A stretch of DNA of 64,000 nucleotides from contig CAVWLP010000002.1 in the NCBI GenBank assembly GCA_963755915.1, forward strand, positions 4,128,001 through 4,192,000. Reading direction: 5' to 3'. The DNA comes from an uncultured Phycisphaerales bacterium (GTDB taxonomy: Bacteria > Planctomycetota > Phycisphaerae > Tepidisphaerales > Tepidisphaeraceae). Position numbers and translations under genes: made by a program. How positions within the stretch are numbered: position 1 is the stretch's first letter; each line of letters opens with the position of its first letter. The notes under the pieces were generated by a model. The model saw nothing but the letters and a program-made list of their open reading frames with translations, made no database searches and was not told where the DNA came from. Positions 10,608-21,772 of the stretch are shown here, piece by piece.

Positions 10608-11228
10608 ATGCGTCTCCTGATCACCGCCGGCCCCACTCGCGAGCCGATCGACCCCGTGCGCTATATCGGCAATCGCAGCAGCGGCAAAATGGGCGCCGCC
10701 CTCGCACACGCCGCGCTAAAATCCGGCCACCAAACAACGGTAATTCTCGGCCCAATCTCCGTCCCATTCCCCAACGGCGCCCGCAGGATCGACGTAGAAA
10801 CCGCAGCCCAGATGCTCGACGCTGTGCTCAAAGAATTCCCCAACCACGATCTCCTCATCATGGCCGCCGCCGTCGCCGACTATCGCTCCAAAGCCCAAAG
10901 CGCCGCCAAGCTCTCCCGCGAAGGCTCGCGCATCCTCGAATTAGAGCCCACCGAAGACGTTATCGCCGCCGCCGGCCGGATCAAGCGCCCCGACCAGCGC
11001 ACCATCGGCTTCAGCCTCGAAACCACCCCCGACCTCAGTCGCGTCTCCGGCAAGATGCGGCAAAAAAACCTCGACCTCATTATTTACAACCCCGTCGCCA
11101 CCATCGGTGCCGAATCCATCGAACCCTCCCTTCTCTACCCCGATGGCCGCATAGAAAAGGCACCTTACGGCTCCAAAGCCCACTTCGCCGATATGCTCCT
11201 TCAGAGGGCCCATGAACTATTCAAATAA
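10608..11228 (+). CDS. coaB: Phosphopantothenate--cysteine ligase (stand-alone CoaB domain)
   Basis: LITAGPTREPIDPVRYIGNRSSGKMG, AAAVADY, IGFSLET. Confidence 0.9.
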   Translation: MRLLITAGPTREPIDPVRYIGNRSSGKMGAALAHAALKSGHQTTVILGPISVPFPNGARRIDVETAAQMLDAVLKEFPNHDLLIMAAAVADYRSKAQSAAKLSREGSRILELEPTEDVIAAAGRIKRPDQRTIGFSLETTPDLSRVSGKMRQKNLDLIIYNPVATIGAESIEPSLLYPDGRIEKAPYGSKAHFADMLLQRAHELFK

Positions 11229-11255
11229 GTTCATGCGTCTTCTGGAGTTCAATGC

Positions 11256-11708
11256 GTGGCTCGTCCGATAACACTAAAGGTGAAACGTCTCGCCCACGGC
11301 CAAGGTCTGCCCCTGCCGACTCGTATGACCGAGCATTCGGCCGGGTTCGACGTCTGCGCCGCCGTCGAGGGCGCGACGAAGATCAAGCCCGGCGAAATCC
11401 GCCTGGTCCCCACGGGATTCGCACTGGCGATCCCCGCCGGTTACGAGGCCCAGATTCGCCCCCGCAGCGGCCTCGCGACGCGCCATGGCATTACCATGAT
11501 CAACACCCCAGGAACCATCGACGCCGACTATCGTGGCGAGCTCCAGGTCCCCCTGATCAATCTCGGAAAATCCGCTTTCACAATCACCCGCGGCATGCGC
11601 ATCGCCCAGATGCTCATCGCGCCTCTGCCGGCCGTCAAACTGATCGAAGTAAAGGAATTGGATGACACCGCCCGCGGAAAGGGCGGCTTCGGGCATACAG
11701 GACACTAA
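11256..11708 (+). CDS. dut: dUTP diphosphatase
   Basis: SAGFD, RPRSGLA, GTIDADYRGE, RIAQ, RGKGGFGHTG. Confidence 0.97.
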   Translation: MARPITLKVKRLAHGQGLPLPTRMTEHSAGFDVCAAVEGATKIKPGEIRLVPTGFALAIPAGYEAQIRPRSGLATRHGITMINTPGTIDADYRGELQVPLINLGKSAFTITRGMRIAQMLIAPLPAVKLIEVKELDDTARGKGGFGHTGH

Positions 11709-14154
11709 TGGCCAAACGACCCGTCTGGAAATTCGAAATGTTGCAACGAATGCATATCCTCCGGCCGTTGATCCTGTTCGTGCTGACGGCAGTCTGGCTC
11801 TTCCTATTTTTCGCCATCGGAAGCTTTCATCCCACCGACTGGCCCAGCCACGCCGTCTTTCCCTATCCCCCCATCCAAAACGTCTGCGGCCCCGTCGGCG
11901 CATTCATCTCCTACTGGTGCTTCCTCGCCATCGGGCAGGGCGTCTTTCCGCTAATCTTCTTCAGCGGGGTTTGCATCGCTCTGACGTTTTATCACGCCAA
12001 GCTGAGCGATCCCTGGCTGAGAGTCGTCGGCCTGCTGATGATCGCCACTGCCTTCGCCGCCCTCGTGCATCACATCATGCCCGGCTCCGCCTCCGGATTC
12101 CCCGAAGGCCACGGCGGAGTGATCGGAATCGCCACCGCCGCGTTTCTCCAGGAACGCTTTCATTCCGTCGGAACAACCTTGATCCTCCTGGCCGGCATTC
12201 TGATAGGCCTGCTCCTCGCCGCCGATGATCTTGTCCTGCGCACGCCAGGATTCGCCGCCCAGGCATGCACGACCGTCGCAGGGGCCACGCCCAAGGTCAA
12301 ATTCACCTTTCCATCCTTCAATGACATCTTTCGGCGCAAGTCTGTGAAAGCCATCAAGCCGGCGGCATCCCGGTCGTCCTCGCCTCCGAAGTTCGACGAC
12401 GATGACGACGAAGACCTCAAGCCCCCTGTGCTTTTGAAGCCCGACCCCGCAGAAACCAAAGGCGCCAAGGCCGCCCAATTGCAGGCCCTGGATGTCGACG
12501 ACGATGAAACGGAGGAATCGGCGCAGGAAGCGTCCGTTGCCCCGCCGCCGCCCCCGCGTGCCGACATCATCGTCAAGCTCCCCAACATGGTGAAGCCGCG
12601 GCAAACCAGCCCACCGCCGCCACCGCCCAAGGAACTGGGCGAATATCACCTTCCTCAGTGGACGGTCTTGGCTGACGCCGAGCACGGGTTCGCCGAAAGC
12701 CAGGAAAAGTTCGTCCGCGAGAAAGCCGCCATGCTCGAGCAGGCGATGAGGGAATTCAACATCGACGCCCGCGTCGTCGAGATCGACACCGGCCCGGTCA
12801 TCACCATGTATGAGCTCGAGCTGGCGCCCGGAATCAAAGTCTCAGCCATCACCGCCCTCTCAAACGACATCATGCGCGCCTCCGCGCCGAGAGCGTGCGC
12901 ATCGTGGCGCCGGTACCAGGCAAAAATACCGTCGGCATCGAAGCCCCCAACGCCCAAAAGGAAAAAGTCCGCCTGAAGGAATTGATGCAGACCGCCCCGG
13001 ACGCCGCGTCGAAGATGGGCATTCCCCTCTTTCTCGGCAAAGACGCCAGCGGCGAGCCGCTCATCACCGACCTGACTGCCATGCCCCACTGTCTCATCGC
13101 CGGCACCACCGGATCCGGCAAATCGGTTTGCATCAATTCGATCATCATGTCGATTCTCTATCGCCAGCGGCCCGATTACGTGAAGCTGATTCTCGTCGAT
13201 CCGAAAGTCGTGGAAATGGCCCCCTTCAAGGACGTCCCGCACCTCATGTGTCCGATCATCAACGAAGCCGGCCGCGCCACCAGCGTGCTGGAATGGGCCT
13301 GCGAAAAAATGGACGAGCGCTACGAAATCCTAGCCGAAGCCGGCGTGCGGAATCTAAAGGGATACAATGCCCTGACCCGCGAAGAGCTCATCGACCGCTT
13401 CAAACCCGCCTCGCAGGAAGAAGAAGCCAAAATCCCCAAGCACCTGCCCTACATCGTCATCATCATCGACGAGCTGGCCGACCTGATGATGACCAGCGGC
13501 AAGGAAGTGGAAGCATTTATCGTCCGCCTCGCCCAAAAATCGCGCACGGTAGGAATCCACCTGGTCGTCGCAACCCAGCGTCCCCAGGCGAACGTGGTAA
13601 CTGGCCTGATCAAGAGCAACATGCCCAGCCGCATCGCCTTCCGCGTCGCCAGCAAGATGGACAGCCGCATCGTCCTAGATCAAAACGGCGCCGATTTGCT
13701 GCTAGGCCAGGGCGACATGCTATTTTTGCCCCCAGGCAACGGCAAACCAATCCGCGGCCAGGGCACCTTCATCGACGACAAAGAAATGAAGGAGAGCGTG
13801 AAACTGGTCCGCACGCTGGCCGAGGCCCAGTACGAGCCCGAGCTGATGCAAATCCGCGCCGGCACGACAGTGGACGAAGAAGCCGCGAAAGATGACCTCT
13901 TCGATTCAGCGGTCCGCGTAGTCCTGGAAACCAAGCGCGGCAGCGTAAGCCTCCTCCAGCGCCGCCTGACCATAGGCTACAGCCGCGCCAGCCGCCTCAT
14001 CGAAGCGATGGCCGCGTCCGGAATCGTCGGAACCTACAAAGGCAGCCAGGCCCGCGAAGCCCTGATCACGGTAGAAGAATGGGACGCCATGATGGCCGCG
14101 CAAGACGGACGAAGCAACCGGAATGACCGTCTAACCAACCCCCCAATTGTTTAG
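11708..14154 (+). CDS. ftsK: DNA translocase FtsK (frameshift near 12880)
   Basis: N-terminal 4TM domain, linker, GPVITMYEL; AGTTGSGKS, IIDELADLMM, ATQRP, gamma domain SLLQRRLTIGYSRA. Confidence 0.95.
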
Positions 14155-14375
14155 CCGCGACGGCTCGACTGAGCTCGCCGAAGTCCCGCAGGGAAGCGCT
14201 CTTAGACTTTCCCAACCTCTCACTTCCCATGACCAAGAATGAGCCGGGCCGTCCCCGGCTCGAACGATTTCCGGGCGCGCGAAGCACTGATCACGGCCGA
14301 AGAGAGCGGGATTAACGTTTAACAATTAATTGTGACAGAGTGTCGACCTCGGTATAGTCCATTGCGCTTTACCGC

Positions 14376-14981
14376 GTGGACATGGAAACGACACTAAGAT
14401 CATTGACGCCGGCCGACGTCCAAAAGCGAGTTGACGAGTTTGAGCAGAGCCAAGCCGATTCCGATGCCGACAGAGTCGTCGGCGCAATCTTCATACAGTG
14501 GCCGGCCAATACAAACCTCTGCGAAATTCTCGCCAAGGTTGTCATTCTTAATCAATTCTACAATACCAACATTCGTAATCCCCTCGCCGTCGCAAAGCAC
14601 ATCTTGGATCTGAAGATCGATCATCAGCTGGAAGAAGGCGAGCCCACGTTGGTTGACGCGGTTGCCCGAGTCAAGTTCAGTGATAAGACACGTCTGTTGT
14701 TTTCATTCGCGACAAAATATTGTGCTTGGCATCAACCCGACAAATTTCAAATCTTCGACCGTTACGTGGCCCGTGTATTGTGGACTTATCGACAGGCACT
14801 CGGCGAATTTCGCCGCGAAGATTTGCGCACCTACACCAAGTTTGCCGAGGTCGTGACGAACTTCTGTAAGTCCTTCAAACTCGAAAGTTGCTCGCGCAAG
14901 AATCTCGATAAATTCCTATGGATTGAAGGCAAGAGCCTCGAAGCAGCGGACGGCTCGACCTATGCTGGCTCCGATGAATGA
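14376..14981 (+). CDS. Conserved hypothetical protein (possibly HhH/glycosylase-like)
   Basis: LNQFYNTNI, FSFATKYCAWH...IFDRYV, LDKFLW; lower GC than neighbours. Confidence 0.55.
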   Translation: MDMETTLRSLTPADVQKRVDEFEQSQADSDADRVVGAIFIQWPANTNLCEILAKVVILNQFYNTNIRNPLAVAKHILDLKIDHQLEEGEPTLVDAVARVKFSDKTRLLFSFATKYCAWHQPDKFQIFDRYVARVLWTYRQALGEFRREDLRTYTKFAEVVTNFCKSFKLESCSRKNLDKFLWIEGKSLEAADGSTYAGSDE

Positions 14982-15340
14982 ACATCCTGAGCAACGGCGT
15001 CCCAAAGTCCTGAGAACCTGTCCTTAACGTAAGCATCAAGGGGTTCACCGAATTCTTTCGGCAACTTTAGTGCTCGAATCAATTCCTGCACATCAGCCAA
15101 ATCCATCAGCCGCCCGGGATTACTCATGCCAGAGGCGAGTTTCAATTCGATCAGTTTTTCGAGTTGCAGATAGCGGACGCCGTCGATCTCGACGGTTGAA
15201 GCCAAGGGGTCGGGAAGGCCACGGGCTTCGGTTTGCCGTCCCCGGGAAATTCCCCGGAGATGAGAAATCTGACCCGCACCCCAGTTTCGGTATGGCGGAA
15301 AGCGCGGCTCGGAGAAGCTATAGGGCAGTATTCCCACAGC
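14960..15340 (-). pseudogene. 5'-truncated, frameshifted nucleotidyltransferase-like gene
   Basis: FRHTETGVRVRFLISGEFPGDGKPKPVAFP / IDGVRYLQLEKLIELKLASGMSNPGRLMDLADV split over two frames; no clear N-terminus. Confidence 0.55.
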
Positions 15341-15446
15341 TTCATCGAGGCAAAAGCAGCCTCAAACTCCACCCATCTTACCCCCTCCCCGCCGACCGCG
15401 ACATCCGAGCAGAAGTTAGCAGACACTATCCAAAATCCCAAAAGTG

Positions 15447-16969
15447 CAATATTGTCCGGGACTTCCGCGTCTTAGAGCTGGGATTTTTCGGGTTTTCACT
15501 CGAAAGGCTGCGTTGCCTCGATGGGCAACGGCGTGGAAGGTTCAGCGCTGCTCCTGCAGCGCATGCCGCGGCGTTCACCGGCGGCCGGACAACAAAAACC
15601 CCCGGTGACTTACTTGACGATTTTTTCAGCCTTCTTCCGTGCCACACGCTGACGCTGCAGCTCGCATTCCCGTTCTCGGCGCTGCAGGATGGGAATAATC
15701 TCTTGCAACGTGGCCCCTCCCGCGGCGACCAGGCTCAGCATCGCGTAGGCATATTTGCTCACCGGACGCTGCGTGTGCAGATAGATCAACAGCACCCCGA
15801 TGACCGCGATGTAGAACCCGGTGGTGACGCCGTTTTTGCTGTGGCTGGTGAGATGGCGGAAGTGGGCGTGCACTTTCAGCCAGCGGAAAAACAGCTCGAT
15901 CTTCCATCGCCAGCGGTAGAGCAGACCGATGACATGGGCGGGAATGTTAAGAAGATTGGTCAGCAGCCGCAGGGGCCTGTCGGGTTTGTCCGGGTCGAAG
16001 ATCGTCACTTCCCGAAGCCATTTTCCCGCCGGAGGAGCAAAGCGTGGCCCTTCTGAGCCCAGGTATCCGATCCGGTCGCTGAGAATGCCGGCAGCGCGGT
16101 CTTCATCGCTCAGCGGCAGGGACTTGGGGGTCAAGTCATTGTTTTCGATGGGAATGAAATAGTTGTTTGACTTGAGCCGGAGCACAAAATCGCTGCAGGC
16201 ATGTACGATCCGCTCCAGCAGCTCAAAACAGACGTAGCCGCGGTCCATGACGTAAATCTGTCCCGGCTCCAGGGACTGCATCAGCGCCTGCGCCTCGGAG
16301 CATCCCGCGCCGCTGATCGTCACTCCCTCGGGAACCCCCACGCCCGCCGCCCATTGAAGATTCAGGCGAATCGTGTCCATGGGCTTTCCGTTGGGTCGAC
16401 TTTGATGCAGCGCCCAGGCCACGTCGGCGGCAACGGTGAACAGCGACCCATCCACCACCCGTACCCGCTCGGTCAACTCCGCCAGCTTCGGATCGCCGTG
16501 ACGCAGGTGCGGCAGCCGCGCCCGCAACTCCTCGATGATCGGCTCCAGCAGCGTCGGATCGAACAGGGCGTTGGCATCGGAAAGCGTGGAACGCGGCAGG
16601 CGATCGACCGAAAGCTGCTCCTGCATCTGCTCGGTCTGGCTGAAATCCTCCATCGTCCGCAGGCTGCGAATCGCCGGCGTGAAAAACGCCAGCAGATAGG
16701 CAAGGGTCACATCGTCATAAAAAAGCGTGCGATTGGGGTGGGGATGCGCCGCCCGCAGGCGGGCCAGATGATCCTGCAAAATACCGACGTACTTGCCGCC
16801 GAACAAATCCTCCCCCCGCACCGCCGGCCGCGGCTTTCGTCCCGGCTTGGCGGGCAATCCAGAAGCTGGGCAAAGGTCCGCGTGCACGTGGCGGCAGTGA
16901 ACCACAAAACGCTGCTTCGCGCAAGCGCAAGATTGTGTTATTTGTGAGCCTGCGTTCCGGACACTATTG
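15447..16969 (-). mobile_element. IS4-family insertion sequence, 1523 bp
   Basis: IRs CAATATTGTCCGGGAC (15447-15462) and CAATAGTGTCCGGAAC (rc of 16954-16969); 9-bp direct repeat CCAAAAGTG at 15438-15446 and 16970-16978. Confidence 0.93.
15610..16905 (-). CDS. IS4-family DDE transposase
   Basis: VVDGS, YVMDRGY, LLTNL, YRWRWKIELFFRWLK (YREK motif); start uncertain. Confidence 0.92.
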   Translation of the reverse strand: MVHCRHVHADLCPASGLPAKPGRKPRPAVRGEDLFGGKYVGILQDHLARLRAAHPHPNRTLFYDDVTLAYLLAFFTPAIRSLRTMEDFSQTEQMQEQLSVDRLPRSTLSDANALFDPTLLEPIIEELRARLPHLRHGDPKLAELTERVRVVDGSLFTVAADVAWALHQSRPNGKPMDTIRLNLQWAAGVGVPEGVTISGAGCSEAQALMQSLEPGQIYVMDRGYVCFELLERIVHACSDFVLRLKSNNYFIPIENNDLTPKSLPLSDEDRAAGILSDRIGYLGSEGPRFAPPAGKWLREVTIFDPDKPDRPLRLLTNLLNIPAHVIGLLYRWRWKIELFFRWLKVHAHFRHLTSHSKNGVTTGFYIAVIGVLLIYLHTQRPVSKYAYAMLSLVAAGGATLQEIIPILQRRERECELQRQRVARKKAEKIVK

Positions 16970-17063
16970 CCAAAAGTGTCAGATTTTGTCAGATTCTGTC
17001 AGATCCGCCCCCAAAATGAACCCCCAAATGACGAATTCACCCCATCCCATTACAATTCCCCTC

Positions 17064-18143
17064 ATGCCCTCCGTCCCCGTCCAGCTTTCCAGCGGCTCGT
17101 ACCGCATCACCATTGAACCAGGCCTTCTGGCCCGCCTGGGCCAGGAATTGCGAGTCCTCAGCAAATCACCCAAAGCCTGCATCATCACCGAATCCCACGT
17201 CGCCGAATTGCACCTTGGGGGGATGGAACGATCCCTCCAATCCGCCGGTTTCGAGACAATCTCCGCGACCCTGCCCGCTGGCGAGCAGCACAAGACCCTT
17301 CCGATGCTCCTCCCGGTCTACGATCGCTTCCTCTCAGCCAAGATCGAGCGATCGACCCCAATCGTCGCCTTCGGTGGGGGGGTCGTTGGCGACATGGCAG
17401 GCTTTCTCGCGGCCACGATTCTGCGCGGCGTGCCGTTCGTCCAGGCCCCCACGACCCTGCTCGCAATGGTCGACGCCAGCGTCGGCGGGAAGACGGGGGT
17501 GGATCATGCCATGGGGAAAAATCTCATCGGCGCCTTTCATCAGCCGATCGCCGTGCTGGCCGATCCGGAGCTTCTGCGGACGCTGCCCAAAAAGGAACTG
17601 CAGGGCGGACTCGCCGAATGCATCAAGCATGATCTGATCCGTGACGCGGCGGCCGTCGAGAAACTGCCCGAGATGATCGACAAGGCCCTGAAGCTCGAAA
17701 TGTCGGCGCTGACGGAACTGGTCGCCCACAACGTCGCCATCAAGGCCCGCATCGTCGAAGCCGATCCATTCGAAAAGGGAGAGCGAGCGCATTTGAATTT
17801 CGGCCACACCTTCGGCCACGCGATCGAATCGGTTTCCGGCTTCGCCTATTCCCACGGCCAGTCCGTCGCCCTGGGAATGTGCGCCGCCTCGTTCGTCTCC
17901 CACAAGCTCGGGAATATCTCGGAAAACGACTACCGGCGCATCGTTTCAACAATCGCCGCCGCGGGATTGCCGACAGGTGGAATGACCCTGGACGCGCAGA
18001 AAGTATTTGATGCAATGGCATTCGATAAAAAGGTCAAAGAGGGTCGCATCTGGCTCGTGCTTCTTGAGCGCATTGGCAGGGCGATGGTGCGGGACGACGT
18101 GAAATCCGAAATGATCCTCGAAGCGATCAACACTCTGCGCTGA
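17064..18143 (+). CDS. aroB: 3-dehydroquinate synthase
   Basis: GGGVVGDMAGF, PTTLLAMVDASVGGKTG, LNFGHTFGHAIE, HGQSVALG. Confidence 0.96.
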   Translation: MPSVPVQLSSGSYRITIEPGLLARLGQELRVLSKSPKACIITESHVAELHLGGMERSLQSAGFETISATLPAGEQHKTLPMLLPVYDRFLSAKIERSTPIVAFGGGVVGDMAGFLAATILRGVPFVQAPTTLLAMVDASVGGKTGVDHAMGKNLIGAFHQPIAVLADPELLRTLPKKELQGGLAECIKHDLIRDAAAVEKLPEMIDKALKLEMSALTELVAHNVAIKARIVEADPFEKGERAHLNFGHTFGHAIESVSGFAYSHGQSVALGMCAASFVSHKLGNISENDYRRIVSTIAAAGLPTGGMTLDAQKVFDAMAFDKKVKEGRIWLVLLERIGRAMVRDDVKSEMILEAINTLR

Positions 18144-18276
18144 CATGTCTGAGGCAACCGCGACGACAATATCCAATGTAAAACCCCGGCGATGGCGGCT
18201 TCGCCGATGGGTGGGCTTGGTGCGAATCTGCTCCGGTTGGAATAGCCCATGTACGTGATTTAAATATCTTTCGAGG

Positions 18277-18316
18277 CCCTCACCCCAACCCTCTCCCGGA
18301 ATACCGGGAGAGGGGG
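18277..18316 (+). repeat. REP-like palindromic element
   Basis: CCCTCACCCCAACCCTCTCCCGGAATACCGGGAGAGGGGG; relatives at 10503-10531, 19252-19293, 28454-28494. Confidence 0.75.
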
Positions 18317-18342
18317 TAAAAGGGCTGCAGAGGAAAAGTCTT

Positions 18343-19506
18343 GTGGCGCTGAAACATTGGCTTCAACTCGCCCTCACCGACGGCATCGGACCGATCCTCA
18401 CTTCGCGGCTAGTTGCGCTTGCAGGCAGCGCCGAGGCCGCATGCGGCGCGGACCTCGCCATGCTTCGCGCGGTCGATGGCATCGACTCAAAGTCGCAGAA
18501 GATTCTCGAATCCCTGCGCCACGCGGCAGGTGAAGTTGACGCCGAACTCCAGCGAGCGAAAGAAGCCGGCGTTTCGCTGATATCGTTGGATGACGAAAAC
18601 TATCCGATCATTTTGAAGGCGATTTCCGACCCGCCGACTGTGCTCTGGGTGCGCGGCAATTTCGAGCCCCGGGATTTGAACGGCGTCGCGATCGTCGGCA
18701 GCCGCCGGTGCTCGCATTATGGAAGGGAGCAGGCCGAACGCTTCGGCGGGCTGCTCGCGCAAGCAGGATTCACCATCGTCAGCGGCGGCGCCAGAGGGAT
18801 CGATTCGGCCGCGCATCGCGGCGCGCTGGCATTGCCCACTGGCCGAACGATCGCGGTGCTAGGATGCGGGGTCGATGTCGCCTATCCGCCGGAAAATGAC
18901 GCGCTCTTTGGCCAGATCGCCGGAAGGGGGGCGGTGGTCAGCGAGTTTCCGCTTTCCACGCCGCCGGCGCGCGAAAATTTTCCGCGCAGGAACCGGATCA
19001 TCAGCGGATTGTCGCGCGGCGTTTTGGTCGTGGAGGCCGATGTGGCCAGCGGAGCGCTGATTACCGCGCGGCTGGCGTGCGATTCGCATAATCGCCCGGT
19101 GATGGCCATTCCGGGGCGCATCGACAATGCGATGTCAGCGGGGCCGCATGCGCTGATTCGCGATGGGGCGGTGCTTGTGAGCGGGATTACCGATGTGGTG
19201 GAGAATTTGGGGCCGCTGCCGGAGGGAGTAGCGGCGCCAATCGAGATTCTACCCCTTCCCCAGCCCTCCCCCGGATTACCAGGGGCGGCGGGAGATACCG
19301 GAAATACCGCACTGGGCGAGCGTCAGCGGCGCATTCTTGAGGGGATTGGGGATGAGCCAACCGCATTGGACGTGATTATCGAGCGATGCGATTTGCCGGC
19401 GGAGCTCGTCATGCAGGAATTGACCATGCTGAGTCTTCGCGGCCTGGTGAAGCGCCTGGAAGGCCAGGTGTATGTATGCAGCGGAGGCGCAAAAACTCGT
19501 GTATAA
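18343..19506 (+). CDS. dprA: DNA-processing protein DprA
   Basis: AIVGSRRCS.YG, IVSGGARGID, FPRRNRIISGLS, SGALITA, C-terminal winged helix. Confidence 0.95.
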   Translation: MALKHWLQLALTDGIGPILTSRLVALAGSAEAACGADLAMLRAVDGIDSKSQKILESLRHAAGEVDAELQRAKEAGVSLISLDDENYPIILKAISDPPTVLWVRGNFEPRDLNGVAIVGSRRCSHYGREQAERFGGLLAQAGFTIVSGGARGIDSAAHRGALALPTGRTIAVLGCGVDVAYPPENDALFGQIAGRGAVVSEFPLSTPPARENFPRRNRIISGLSRGVLVVEADVASGALITARLACDSHNRPVMAIPGRIDNAMSAGPHALIRDGAVLVSGITDVVENLGPLPEGVAAPIEILPLPQPSPGLPGAAGDTGNTALGERQRRILEGIGDEPTALDVIIERCDLPAELVMQELTMLSLRGLVKRLEGQVYVCSGGAKTRV

Positions 19507-19515
19507 TCCGCGGCC

Positions 19516-20661
19516 ATGAACAGCCCGGTGCGGTTGTCCCGGAGGACGGGGGCATCACAAAAAAAGGGAAAAGCGAAAGTCAGATCCGAACGCAACGGGG
19601 AGGCCGGTTCGATGCGCGCGGTAGATCCGCTGCGCGTCGGCTTGTGTGGAATCGGGCGAGCGGGATTGGGAATGGTCCATCGCGATTTTTTGCGGATGCC
19701 CTATGTGAAGGTGGTCGCCGCGTATGACCTGCTGGGGGAGCGCCGCCAGGAACTTTCGCATTTATGCGGTTCGAAATGTTGCGAAAGTTTTGCGCAGTTA
19801 TTGAGAGAACGGGACGTGGAACTCGTGATCGTCGCAACGCGGTCGAGCGAGCACGTCGCGATGGCAATTGAGGCGATGAAGGCCGGCAAGGACGTCCTGA
19901 TCGAGAAGCCGATGGCCATCGATCTGCGGGGCGCGGACCAGTTGATCTCGGCGGCCAAGAAATTGAAACGGCGGCTATACGTCCGGCAAAACCGTCGCTT
20001 CGATCTACCCTTTCTCCAAGCCATGGAAATCGTCGCCAGCGGAAAACTGGGACAACTTTTCGCGGTCCAGCTTCGCCAGGGGAATTATCAACGCCGGGCG
20101 GATTGGCAAACCCTCAAAAAATTCGGCGGCGGACAACTGCTGAACTGGGGCCCGCATCTCGTGGACTGGGCGATGCAACTGGTCGGCGGAAAGGCGCAGG
20201 ATGTATGGGCGGAGCTAAATCGCATCACCTCAGCCGGGGATGCTGAAGATTACGTGAAGTTGATGATCCGCGGTGCCGGCGGCATCGTGGCCGATATTGA
20301 GATATGCGGGGCCGCCAGTATCTCTCAGCCGGCGTGGATTCTGATGGGAACCCAGGGAACGCTGGTTATCGATCGCCAAAACCAGTGTCACCTGAGGTAT
20401 TTCGATTCCCGGAAGTTGCGGAAGATTCAGGCCAGCGACCGGACCCCAAGCGGGTCAAACCGGATGCGATACACGGTAAGCGATGAAATCGAGTGGATCG
20501 ACGAAAAATTTCTCGCCGCCCCGGCGCAGCCCCGCAACTTCTGGCAGGAATTGCACGCGTCGGTTCGGCGGGGGAAGGCGTTTGAGGTAACGCTGGAGCA
20601 GGTTCGCGAGAATATGCGGGTGATCGACTTGGCAAAGAAACAGTCGGGATTTTATAGTTGA
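19516..20661 (+). CDS. Gfo/Idh/MocA family oxidoreductase
   Basis: VGLCGIGRAG, VLIEKPMA, QNRRFD, GGGQLLNWGPHLVD; alternative start 19612. Confidence 0.9.
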   Translation: MNSPVRLSRRTGASQKKGKAKVRSERNGEAGSMRAVDPLRVGLCGIGRAGLGMVHRDFLRMPYVKVVAAYDLLGERRQELSHLCGSKCCESFAQLLRERDVELVIVATRSSEHVAMAIEAMKAGKDVLIEKPMAIDLRGADQLISAAKKLKRRLYVRQNRRFDLPFLQAMEIVASGKLGQLFAVQLRQGNYQRRADWQTLKKFGGGQLLNWGPHLVDWAMQLVGGKAQDVWAELNRITSAGDAEDYVKLMIRGAGGIVADIEICGAASISQPAWILMGTQGTLVIDRQNQCHLRYFDSRKLRKIQASDRTPSGSNRMRYTVSDEIEWIDEKFLAAPAQPRNFWQELHASVRRGKAFEVTLEQVRENMRVIDLAKKQSGFYS

Positions 20662-20797
20662 GCCTGCATAAATCGACAAAAGGTAAGGATTTTTGTGCTA
20701 ACCAAATCGGTTTGAGTGGAACTAATATTGATGGGGACGCCCCTGGGGGGCTGGTTCCCGAGGCTCCTTTTCAGGTTGCGTGTTTTGGAGTGTGAAT

Positions 20798-21379
20798 ATG
20801 ATTCGAATACTTGGCGTGCTGGTTGGGGCGTTTTGCCTGATGGGGGTGATCGGGTGCTCGCAATATGTGGATGGGTATGAGTACACCCCGCGGCCGGCAC
20901 TGGCGCAAATCCCCGCGACCCAGCCCAACCAGAGTCCGCCGGTAACGGCCAACGTCTATGTCGCGGGGGTAAGGTACGAGGATCAGGACAACCAGATTCC
21001 CCCATCGATCGAGATTCGGATGAGCGTCGATAACACCGGGTCCGATCCGGTTTGGCTCAATCCGCAGGATTTGAATCTGACCAATGCGCAGATGCTCCAG
21101 TTCATGCCCGCGATTGTCCGCCCGCCGACGACCATCACTGTTGGCCCCATGCAGTCGGCCTACATCACGGCCTACTTTCCGTTTCCGCCCGGCGCATCAT
21201 GGGACAACACCGACCTGAGCACACTAAGGCTTCGCTGGCGGATGCAGATCGGATCCCGCCCAGTGGCGCAAATCGTGTATTTCAATCGGGTTCCAACCGC
21301 TTATTACGATCCATACTGGTATGCACCCGGCCCGCCCTGGGGGTATTATGGCGGGGTTGTGATCGTACACCGCTGGTAA
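20798..21379 (+). CDS. Putative lipoprotein
   Basis: MIRILGVLVGAFCLMGVIGC lipobox, GGAG RBS, aromatic/Gly-rich tail. Confidence 0.65.
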   Translation: MIRILGVLVGAFCLMGVIGCSQYVDGYEYTPRPALAQIPATQPNQSPPVTANVYVAGVRYEDQDNQIPPSIEIRMSVDNTGSDPVWLNPQDLNLTNAQMLQFMPAIVRPPTTITVGPMQSAYITAYFPFPPGASWDNTDLSTLRLRWRMQIGSRPVAQIVYFNRVPTAYYDPYWYAPGPPWGYYGGVVIVHRW

Positions 21380-21550
21380 ACCCGGATTGCAGCATTTCAA
21401 AATCCTGTCGCAGGTCAGCGGGCAATCTTTGCGCCTTTTGTAGCATGGATGCGCTATCCACCCCGACTTTTCGTCCCTTCTTTACACAACATTTACGTGA
21501 ACATCTCTGTTTGCGAGCGCGATCTTAAGGTGGCATGGTTAAATTTTGTA

Positions 21551-21562
21551 TGAAAGCGCTGA
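21551..21562. promoter_or_regulatory. Possible LacI-type operator
   Basis: TGAAAGCGCTGA resembles the reverse complement of CAAGCGCTTTCTGA; upstream of the prepilin-like gene. Confidence 0.4.
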
Positions 21563-21772
21563 TGTTGGTGCATGTGGTTTGATTTCGAGATAGCTGGATT
21601 TATTGAATCCTTAGTGGTTCTTCAGGTCAAACCCTAGCGCTCAGCGACGAAACTGTTCAAGTCTTGATGCTTTACCGCAGGCGATTCAGGGAACGCCTGT
21701 GGCAATAGTAAGGCTCTGTAAATCAATAGCGGCCAGTTTTGGGCCGAATGGGTGCGTACAGAAGGAGCAGAC

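Noticed and set aside
11708-14154. Functional link between ftsK and the dif site in the same window
   Set aside because: They are 40 kb apart and FtsK acts in trans; proximity is probably coincidental.
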